Shown here: piece after piece, positions 30,277 through 41,600 of the stretch
Layout: every line of letters begins with the position of its first letter
Numbering within the stretch: position 1 is the stretch's first letter
Assembly: GCA_028279745.1 (NCBI GenBank)
Contig: JANQNC010000001.1
Location: 594,154-658,153 of the forward strand
DNA: 64,000 nt
DNA from: Candidatus Nanoarchaeia archaeon
GTDB taxonomy: Archaea; Nanobdellota; Nanobdellia; Woesearchaeales; JANQNC01
Direction of reading: 5' to 3'
Notes under the pieces: generated by a model
The model's database searches: none
Told to the model about the DNA's origin: nothing
The model's input: the letters and a program-made list of their open reading frames with translations, nothing else
Made by a program: the position numbers and the translations under genes

Positions 30277-32669
30277 AACATCACATAAATAACGCAGTCG
30301 CACTAATGTCGGTCATCCTAATACTTACAAGTTCAGTCTTAGTATACAATAGTGCAGAAAACATGCTAACAGGCTATTCAATCTATGATCCTGATGCAGA
30401 AATCTGCCACCAAAATATTGATTCATGTATTGACTTAGATGGAGATGGAATGGTCGGATCCGGAAGTAATGACGAAACAATATTCTCCTGTTTAATTGAT
30501 GAAAATGGACTGGGTTGTCCTGCAAACGATGCTGAATGGATTACTTTATTTGGAAACAGCAAAGAAAACTTCACAATACTAGCAGACTTTGACAATGATG
30601 GAGGAGTTAGCCAGTTAATAGACTTCCAAAGATGTTACGTGACAATGAGAGACAGAGCGATAGATGAAGGCACTTCCTATAATGTAACATGTAACCTACC
30701 ACAAGACGCAGTTAATGATGAAGTCTGCAGGTTTGGATGTCCAGACCTAAACGGAGATGGATTTGTAGACAAGTATGACTTAGCAATCTTAACCTCAGAC
30801 TCAGTATGGAAAAATGATAGTTTCAACCAAACATATCCTATGGCAGACATGACAAATGATTCTGTTGTAGATTGGGCAGATAGAAACTGTATGAGCCTGT
30901 ACTCAAATGAGTATGCACTATGCAACTTACCAAGACACTTCGAACATGAAAATGTGTATGTGTGTCCTGACTTAGAAAATATTACAACAGACTTAGACAA
31001 TGATGGATTTGTAGGAGTGAATGATAAAGCGTTGTTTGACTCTTACTTCGATGATGGTTTGTCAGTTGTTGACTTCACAGGAGAAGGAGACATCAACTGG
31101 AAAGACAGATGGGTCTTTGATGAATATTACAACTACAAAGCAGGAAGCGAATTCAATCAAAGCGTATTGAAAGTTGTAGGATGTAATTTGTACCATGCAG
31201 CATGGCACACAGGAGGGTTGGATCAGAACATTTCATGGGGGTTCACAGGAAGTGGAGGAATGCCGCAATCGATAAACTTCACCGTATTCGACAGTCCTGC
31301 AGATAATTTCGACTCGATGGGCACAACATATGGATGGCTAACAAAAGCAAGAATAAGAATAGAAGGAAACCCTGCAAATACCAAACCAATAAATGTAACG
31401 CTAATAGAACCTTCAACAGGCAAGACATTAGCAAGAACAGAAATACCTCCATTCGGAGATACAAGATGGGCTACAGCATACTTTGCATTACCACCTTACA
31501 CAAATCCAAGACTAACCAATGGAAGTAATTACACTTTGGTCCTTGATAGTCCTGTAACTGAGTTCTATGAAATACAAGGAGGACACAACTTCCAGACCTG
31601 GATGACAACAGCACATGGAGACTTGAATGGAGATGGAATAGTTGATAGTTTAGATGATCTAATCATATCTGCAATAAACGATAATCTGCAGTTTAATGGG
31701 ACAAGTAACTGGAGTTCAGATTACGATCTTAATAACGATTCAATAATAGACAATCTAGATCTGCAAATATTTGTTGATGCTGTTGGAAGCCCACCAATAT
31801 CTTCACAATCAACAATAAGTGTAGGAAGCTATTCACAAACTTTGCTGAATGGAGGAGGAATAATTCCAAACGGAGGCTTTAGTACATCTAACGGCACGGG
31901 TTGGCCACACAAATGGGTGGATAACCAACCAGATGTGGATGTTCCAACTGACATAAGTGTTGTTTCAGGAGAACTAAACATAACTGTAAACAATAACACA
32001 GGCAGTTTTACAGGTGTAAGAAGTAAAAAACTAAAACTAAAACCAAACACAAAATACAACGTAACTGCAAAAATAAAAATCCCAACCTCGATAACACAAT
32101 TAGATGGAACTTGGGAGCTACACCGACATGCACACAATGGGTTCTGTTCAGGAACGCCCGCTTGTCACGATTACACCTTATTAGGCGGGGACTACAGCTG
32201 GGATAATAGTACTTCTAGAGGGGTATGGCACGACAAATGGTGGACAATTGAAACCGGCGAGAATGTCAAAATAGGCTATGTGTTTGTTATAACAGATGTA
32301 AATGGTGGAAACGGAACAATACTTGTTGATGATGTAAGCCTCCACGAAGTTCCAGGATACGAATGGTTCGGCGGAGCTATAAAACTAAGACAGAAGTTTA
32401 CAGCAAACACAGACTCACCAATAAAAGTTGTTCAGCTAAATCTTGCGATGGATAAAGGAAATGATGATGACATCACTGTCAAGATCCTAGATGAAACGTT
32501 CACCCCAGTAGGAAGCACAGTAATACCTGCACTACACAACAGTACACCAACAATCTACAACGCAACGTTCACTCCTGCAGTTGCAGTTACACAAGACCTA
32601 GATTATTACATTGAAGTAAGTTCGCCAGGAGAATATACAGATTACAGATGGTTCGCAAACTATGACTAA
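30273..32669 (+). CDS. surface protein with four dockerin-like Ca-binding repeat pairs and a CBM4_9-like carbohydrate-binding module
   Basis: It has a signal/anchor peptide. Paired loops occur at DLNGDGFVDKYD/DMTNDSVVDWAD, DLDNDGFVGVND/DFTGEGDINWKD and DLNGDGIVDSLDD/DYDLNNDSIIDNLD. The sequence NGGFSTSNGTGWPHKW...KPNTKYNVTAKIK matches the CBM4_9 pattern. Confidence 0.6.
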   Translation: MKHHINNAVALMSVILILTSSVLVYNSAENMLTGYSIYDPDAEICHQNIDSCIDLDGDGMVGSGSNDETIFSCLIDENGLGCPANDAEWITLFGNSKENFTILADFDNDGGVSQLIDFQRCYVTMRDRAIDEGTSYNVTCNLPQDAVNDEVCRFGCPDLNGDGFVDKYDLAILTSDSVWKNDSFNQTYPMADMTNDSVVDWADRNCMSLYSNEYALCNLPRHFEHENVYVCPDLENITTDLDNDGFVGVNDKALFDSYFDDGLSVVDFTGEGDINWKDRWVFDEYYNYKAGSEFNQSVLKVVGCNLYHAAWHTGGLDQNISWGFTGSGGMPQSINFTVFDSPADNFDSMGTTYGWLTKARIRIEGNPANTKPINVTLIEPSTGKTLARTEIPPFGDTRWATAYFALPPYTNPRLTNGSNYTLVLDSPVTEFYEIQGGHNFQTWMTTAHGDLNGDGIVDSLDDLIISAINDNLQFNGTSNWSSDYDLNNDSIIDNLDLQIFVDAVGSPPISSQSTISVGSYSQTLLNGGGIIPNGGFSTSNGTGWPHKWVDNQPDVDVPTDISVVSGELNITVNNNTGSFTGVRSKKLKLKPNTKYNVTAKIKIPTSITQLDGTWELHRHAHNGFCSGTPACHDYTLLGGDYSWDNSTSRGVWHDKWWTIETGENVKIGYVFVITDVNGGNGTILVDDVSLHEVPGYEWFGGAIKLRQKFTANTDSPIKVVQLNLAMDKGNDDDITVKILDETFTPVGSTVIPALHNSTPTIYNATFTPAVAVTQDLDYYIEVSSPGEYTDYRWFANYD

Positions 32670-35600
32670 AAAAACACAAAATAAAAACATGTTGATGCTT
32701 TTGATAGTTGCAACACTATTTGCAATAACCTCTGTAGATGCTGTCCTAAACTGTACTTCGACAGATCCTTGTGAAATTCCTTTTACAGGCGGACACCCAC
32801 CAGGATTCCCCGCGCCACTAGAAAATTTACAATGTGGAGAGACGTTCTATTATGAATTTGAACTTCCAAGAAACCATAACTGCCAAGCCACAGTAATATT
32901 TGATGTGACTGATGGAGCAAACACCTCAAATAAAATAACATTCGGAGGCGATGATTTATTACAGAACTGTCAGAGAGTAATAACTTCAGCAGACTCACAA
33001 CAATGTGAAAACGTAAACATAAATGTGCCCATGGGAATAGATGAACTATTCACAGTAACTGCAAGCAGACCTGTAGAAGGGACTGAATGTAATAGCAGTG
33101 TAGAGATAGATTACACCTTAGCATATTATGCAACCTGCGCAACTACAAAAGACGGGTGGGGAAAGAATGGAAGTTTTGTAAACACAACTGGTGGAGAATT
33201 TTATTTTGAAACACTAATAGGTGAGGGTGGTAACTTCTCAGGACTGTCTATCTTTGATGTTAACAGCGATAATGTAATAAATGATACAGACTACTATGAC
33301 ATACTTTCAAGAGATGGTGAGCGAGACGGAACATTCTGGACCCCACTTATAGACTTTAACGCACAGTTTGGGGTATATGAAGTACTGCTTGATTATACGC
33401 TGGGATTCAGAGCATACTTAGGAAAAATAGTAAATGGAGCGATGCCAATAAGGTGGTTTATAACACAGGAAAATGATGGACGATGCTCATACGATGAAGA
33501 TAACACAAGCACAGACTGCCACTATTGTAACAACGATGGGTTCTGCGCAATAAACGAATATGAATACTTAGGAGAATCATGCCAAGACTGTAACGGGACA
33601 TTCCCACTAGAACCACAGATGACAGAGTTTGATTCTTGTAGCGAAACAACAGACATGGCAGACGTATTAGATATAGAACACGCAGAAAACTTCACAATAG
33701 AAGGAGAAGAACCAGGATGTAATGACGGAAACATCATGTTCACTCAAGAAATTAATCTAACAAATTCAGGATCAGGATACATACCATTAGACATTAACAC
33801 TTCAATAGACATAATTGACAATTACATAAGCGTAAATACAATAGAAGCACCACAGTTAGAGAAAGAAGCACAGCTGACAATCTACAACAGAACATGGTGC
33901 CACCCAGGAATATTAAAGAATGGTGCAGAATGTGTTGATTGTCCAGTACAAGAGTATGGAGATAAAATAAAATCATTAAACGCAACAGGAATAGCTGATG
34001 CAGACTTACTAACTAATGTAACAGGGCAAAGCTTTACACTAGAACTACAAGCAGAAAACTACACATTTGGGAAATTAACACAAAATAATGTTTACACACA
34101 GCAACAAGTCGGACAGGATAGCCCAATAAGTGTTGAGATAGTATCGGGGGCATTAACAACCAACGCAAGAATAAATATAACAGGAATAAACAAAATAATC
34201 TACCTGCCAAAGATGAACTTGGGAGGAGGACCATCTAAAGTTTATGTTGCAGAAGATGGAAGCACTTACACAGGTGCGGCACTTACAACAATATCAAAAT
34301 CTGCAGCAGATCCAATAAAAGTAACTTCACTTAGTGCAGTGAACACTTCAGGACCTCATGGAAAATCATTCTTCTGGTTCTATGCAGGAGAAACACCTAC
34401 ACTATTCGCAACAATAAATAATGATGGGATCTTCAATGCGACAGGCACAACAACAGTTCCAACACAGGTAAAAATTGTGTATACTGCAGAGTATCCTGTT
34501 AATATCACTCTAGACGGACACCATCTATTCCTACCTTCAACATTCCCCATATCTAATGCTGCATATCCTGCAACAAACAACATAACATACAAAGAAAGAG
34601 ATTTAGTGAATGTTAAAAGAACTCCTGAAAAAGATCTAAGCATAGTAGATAAAGATCCAACTAACTTAACATTTACAGTTCCAGCATTCGGATCAGAACT
34701 AATAACAGTATACGAATCAGAAGACCTAGTCCCAAGCTACAGTAACTTCAACGGAAGCACAACAAACTTCTGTTATGCAAAAGATGAAACGACAACACGA
34801 GAACTATCAATATTTAGAGCAGTCATTGAAGATACATCAAATGCAAAACTAGGATTAGTAAGTTATGCAAACTTTACAAAACTAGACCTTAATAATGAAA
34901 TCATCATGGGTGGAAGCAACAAGACAAAAATAATCTGGATAAACGGAAGCACAAGCGATGAGTTTGAAGGAAAAGCTGCAATAATAACATTCCACAGAAT
35001 GGATATAGTGCACCCACAAATAATGGGAACTGTAACAAATGTAGTTCCAATAAGACATTACGTGCCTCCAGGAGAAACACTATCAGAATTCATATTCTAT
35101 GCGGAACTAACTGGTAGTTCACCAATAAACATAACAATAGTAGACGCAGATAATCCAACAGAATTCCTAAGTGATATAGATAATATCACAATAAGAAATG
35201 GAACACAAGAAGTAAGAATTAATGTAAGTGATCACTTCAGTGATGACGATGTTAATGTGACTGACTTAGAGTATGGGGTTGCGAACCAAACAGGAAGCAT
35301 CAAAGTAACATTTGAGAAAGCAGCAAACGTAGTGACAGCAATAATAAGACCATTAACAAGGTTCTTCAATCCGTTCAGTTTCCAGTTCTTCGTTTATGAA
35401 CCTGGAGTAATTGATGGAGAGTCTGCATTCTCTAATTTCCTATTTGGAAACATACTGCCAGACAGACCACCAATACAAACACAAACAATACTAGACATAG
35501 TGTTCAATGAAGATGAAAACGGAACAATAGACTTATCTGACTACTTCGAAGATCCTGACAACCATCCATTACATTATACTTGGACACCGATAGATGCTGG

Positions 35601-38600
35601 CGGAAATATAACAATACACAAACAAGGAATGGCACAAAGCTTATGGTGGAACATAACTAATGCAACTTACACAGGGAATAACAGCATGACATTCCTACAA
35701 GAAGTTATTGCATTAGTTCAAACAAATACAACCGAACTACTTGCATCTCCAGGAACTTACGGATACATAGTGGCAGCAGGTTATGCAGACCAGACAGCTG
35801 AAGAAGGAACAGACCTACTTAGAATAAACTTCTGGAACACAACAGGAAATGGAATGTCATTCCCAGAAGGAAACATAAGCATAACATATGACAACGGAAA
35901 AGATCTGAAGATATACATACCTGAAGTTACCTATACTGATAGGAATAACTTCTCACTATTCGTATCAAAAGACGGATCAACATACTATGATGAAGGACTA
36001 ACACAGATTGCAAAAGTCTCACCTAACCCTATAGTTGTTCCTAGCTTAGTAATAGAACCAGATAGTGATTGGCACGGCAAGAGAACAATAGTCTTCATAG
36101 CAAACGACACAATACACAAGAAAACAAGCAACAACGTAGACATAATTGTTCATAACCTAAACGATGCACCAAGGAAACACAAAGACATTGATGATATAGT
36201 AATGCTAGAGGGAACTGTTGAGTTTGTTGTAAATGTAACACCCGACTACTTATTCGATATAGACATACCTACAGACACCGAGTTTGAAGCAGATGATGAA
36301 CTAACATTAACATATTCAAAACAGGGCGGCGGTGATGCTGAGTTTATCAACTTAACATTCAGCAATAACGGAGTTTATAGCGTTACAGAAGATAAACCAG
36401 TTAATATAACAGTTAAAGCACTGGATTTCCCATACTGGAACGGGTATGAAGCACTAACAGTAAAAGCAACAGACTCATACGGTAAGAGTGTTGAGACAAA
36501 CTTCACAGTATACATAATAGAAGTACCAACAGATCTTAACAGAACAATACTTCCAGCATACATCCCAATGGTTGAAGATGAAACTTATCCATTTGAACTG
36601 AACAACAACTGGTTTGTGGATGTGGAAGGAGATGCAACCTACAGATACTTCGGATTAAATTCAACAAACATAACAATAGAACTGAATATCGATAGTGGAA
36701 ATGGAACAATCAGAGCAGATCCAGACTGGTTTGGTGTAGCTGTAGTTAATTTCTCAGCATCAGACGCGACAAGCAACGTATCAGATATGTTTGTGATAAA
36801 TGTAACACCAGTAAATGACGCGCCAAGATTATATGGAGACATAGAAGTAAAACCATGGCCAAAAGATGAAAGTTATCTGGTTAATTTATCAGACCACTTC
36901 TACGAAGCATACGGAGAAGACACAAACAGTCTAGTGTTCTCAGACATAGACATAATACCAACACTAAGCACAACCTATCATGAACTAATCGCAAACAGCT
37001 ATACTAGTGAGACTGCAAACATGACCCCTGACACAGGATGGTACGGATCAGGATGGATAACCTTCTGCGCAGACGATGGTCAGTATCAGACGTGCAGCAA
37101 CATAGTAAGACTAAACATAACATCTGACAAACCGCCACAGTTAATATCACCATTCAATAGTCCGGAAATATGGCCAGAAGATAATGTTAACTACATCAAC
37201 CTAGAAGAACACTTCTGGGATGAAGAATTAGGAAGTGAGTTAGATTTCACACCATCACTAATAGGACCATTTGATGGATTCAACATAACACCATACGGGG
37301 AGTTGATTAACAGTAATGTATTACTTAACTTAAGCAACGTAAGAAAAGCAGCATACAACTTAACACTGGGAGGAGGATTCACATTCATAGCAGCAGACAA
37401 CAGTGGAAGATACTTAACAACCGCATATGGAACAAACGGAACACAGACACCAATCTTCCTATTAAGCCCACTACAACACAATGCAAAACCAATCAAGATA
37501 TACAAGACAAGCATGAAAGATCCAAGCTTTGAACTACCTGAAGAGACTTATAATTTAACAGGAAACGCAAACATTAGTGTAAGTTACACAGCTTATGAAG
37601 GAGATAAGTCAAGGAGAGTAGAAAGAAACATCGGAACAGGAATAACAGGAATAACAACAATAGATCCTATACCTGTAGTCAGTAACCAACAGTACACAGT
37701 ATCAGCAGTAATAACAACAGAGAACATAAGAGATCCTGGTGAGTCTGTAACAGTGGCAATAGAATGTGATGGCATAGCAACTGAAGTAGCAATACCAGGA
37801 ATGACAACACAAAAACAAGGACTGACAGATTGGGAGGATTGGGACACAATACAAAGAGTATACAACGTAGGATCAAGCACAGAATGTAGACCAAAATTAA
37901 TAATGGGATCTGGAACACTAGGTACTTTCTGGGCAGATCTATTCAACTTCGATAAGTACTACCCTACCAACACACCTGAAAGAGAGATGTCAATAACAGA
38001 ATCAAGCTTAGAATCAGCAACAGGAGGAGTAGAAGTATTCTTACCTGAACTAAACAACACACTACAAGCAATATACTTAGGAATAGACGGAACAACATAC
38101 TATGATGAAAACATGACAGTAGTTGCAAGAAGATCACCAAACATGGCATTAGTGCCAGACGAACACTGGTACGGCAACAGAACAATGGCAATAATTGCAA
38201 CAGACGGAATGTTTAACAGAACATCAAACAATATAAAATTAAGAATAGAACCAGTAAATGACATTCCAATATTCAAAGGACCAATCCAAAACATACCAAT
38301 GAATGAATCTGAAAGCAGAGCTGTAATACTAAGTAACTACTTCGAGGATGTTGAAGACAAAGTAGATCTAGATTACACACTTATCACAAACACAGAACCA
38401 GGAAACATATTTGTTACCATAAATAAAACTGAAAACGAAACAAACGCAACAATAACGACTGCACCAGGATGGGTTGGGTTTGGAGAACTACAATTTAAAG
38501 CAACAGACTCAAAAGGAGCGTCCAACGAGAGCAATGTGTTCATAGTATATGTTGGCGAGTATTCAGACAAAGTATTCGCAATACCTGGAGCAAATACAAC

Positions 38601-41600
38601 ATACTTCCTGGTAGAAGACCAAGGACCAAAACAGTTCCCAGTCAAAAACAAATACTTCAATGACACAGATGATGATGCAGTTTATTGGTACACAATAGAT
38701 GAAACCAAGTTTAATATGACTGCATGGGACGAAGACGCAGGATTCGGATTCATCAAACCATTACCAGACTATTGTAACTTTGTAAGCTGCACAAACACAA
38801 ACGGATATGACAATATAACATTACATGCACAAGACCCAATATCTGGAATAGTAAACACAACAGTGCAAATGGTTGTGGAATGTGTACCGGACATACCAAG
38901 AATAGAAGACGACATATACATAACCTTCCCAGAAGATACAAACTATTACACACTAATCGAATATGGATATGACCCGGATAAGATATGGGGTTGTGATAAT
39001 GTAACTGTAGAGTATCCAAGCTACGCAAATGTAAGAGTGAATCTATCAACATTCGATGGATTCAACATGAGCTTCCAGCCAGAACCTAACTTCAACGGAA
39101 TAGAGATAATCAATGTTACATTAACAGATGCTTATGGACTACAGAATTCAACAATCGTAACAATAAACGTTACACCAATAGATGATCCAACACAACTTAA
39201 CTGGACACCTTATGGATATACAATACCTGAAGATACTAACTTAACAGAAAACGTAAGCGACAAGATATGGGATGTTGATAACGTATTAACATTAAATGCT
39301 ACATACGATCCGTCAGTAATTGCATCAATAATATTTGAGCCGACCATGACCGTAGTCCCACTGATACAGAATTTCCTACAACAGATGATAGTGACACCAG
39401 TAATGGATTGGTTTGGCTTAACATTCTTCGATGTATATGCTACAAACGAATCAGGAGATGTTGTTGCAAATGTTTCATTGTATCTAAATGTAACACCAGT
39501 CAACGATGCACCAGTATGTGACGAGCAGATTGCAGATCAGGTAATGTGCGAAGATACCTTGCTTGACATACTGATAAATGGAAACATAATAGATGTAGAT
39601 AATGAAACATTAAATTACTTTGCACAAAATTTGACTGCAGGAATTGATAATGTGACATTCTTCAACGGGTGGAGAGATGAAGAAACATTATCAGAAAACA
39701 TACACTCCGTTACAGAATTTAATGATGTGCTTTATGCAGTAGGAGATGATGGATACATTGCAAGATACTATGATAAAGGTAATTGCACTGCAGAGTATGG
39801 ATGGGAGCAGGTAGAAAATACCTCAACTGCCAATGATTTACGAGCGGTCCATGGATACAACGGAATGTTGTTCACAGCAGGAGACAATGGAGAAGTTGAT
39901 GTGTATAATGGAACATGGAACAATGTAAGTAAATTTACAAGTTTAGATCTTCACGCACTGGAAACATACGATAATAAGCTATGGGTTGGAGGAGATGAAG
40001 GAGAGATATGGACATATAATGGAAACAACTGGACCAATATGACTAACTTATTCATCAACAGCCACGTAAGACATCTGAAAGCATTTGACGAAATACTGTA
40101 TGTGGGACAGTCATCAGGAACACACGGAGAAAAAATAGATTATTACAACACGAGCGAATGGAGAAACATAGTTAATGAACCATTAAACGGAAGCATAAAG
40201 GCAATGGAAGAATATGACGGAAAACTATTCGTTTCAGATGATAATGGAAGTATCGCGCACTTAGTTGAAGAAACATGGACATACCTAACAGGAACAAATG
40301 TCAATGACATAGAAAGTATGACTGTCTTTGATGGAATGTTATATACCGGTGGCGCTAGTGGAGAGATCGATAGATTTGATGGCACAGTATGGGAAAACGT
40401 GACAGGAACAACAACAGGGTTCACAACAGAGATGATACCATATAAACACTCCAAATATAACAATAATAGAGATTACCTATTCACATTCTCAAACGGAGAT
40501 GTAGATTCATATACAGGAGGATTCACAGCAGTAATCAATAGTTCAGACAACTGGTTTGGAAATGCAAATGCAACAATAGGCGCGACAGATGGTGAAATGA
40601 ACGGAACATGCGACCCAATCAATATAGAAGTGACACCAGTTGAAGATAATCCAACATTTGTCTCAATGTGGCCATGGATCAACACAGTAAGCATACTGAC
40701 AGAATCATATGATGTTGATAACTTGTACTCATACCTACAGAACTTAACATTAGATGTGTATAATGCAACCATCGAGAACAATGGAAGCTTATTATGTAGT
40801 GGTGTAAATGTTGAAAATGTAAGTTGTGAGTTCCCACAACCTGAAGATAACATGACACACACCGTGTTCGGATACTTATACGACAGCAACGGAAATGAGG
40901 CAGATAACAATCCACTAAATGCAAGCTATGAGTTTAATCCACCTACTGTTAACACAAATGCAGATGAAAGATTCTGGTTCATAGGGGATAATGGAACAAT
41001 CACAATAGGAACAACAGATGATACCGGATTATTGAATATTCAGTACTGCGTAGCAGATTATTATGAAGATGACTGCACAATAAATGAAACTGTTGCAGCG
41101 AGTGGAACTGTGAACTCACTAATACTAAGTGTAGAATGTGCACCTACAGATATAATGTGCAGAACAAAAGTCAAGTTCACAGCACAAGACATCTTCGGAA
41201 ACTATGCAGAAGAAGGAAGTGGAAGAGTCAACATGATATATGGCTCAGAAATCTATAATACCACCGTCAATGAAACAAGAAACGGAGAAAAAGTAGTTGT
41301 GTTAAATGGATCAGTAGTAAACAACTCAAACATAATCAGAAGTCTAGTAAGAAACGTAACATACAACGAAGTGACAATAATAGACAGTGAAGACAAGAAT
41401 AGTGTAACAAGTAATGCTATGATCTTTGTTGATCCATCAATACTAGAAAATAACACATACATAGGACCTAACACTTTGATCAATGCAATAATCAAACACA
41501 GCACAATAGAAGATAGCGATGTAAGAGACTCAGAAGGATGCCACATGATAATAAATGAAAGCACCATAATAAATGGAGCGATAATAAATGGAACTGTGAC

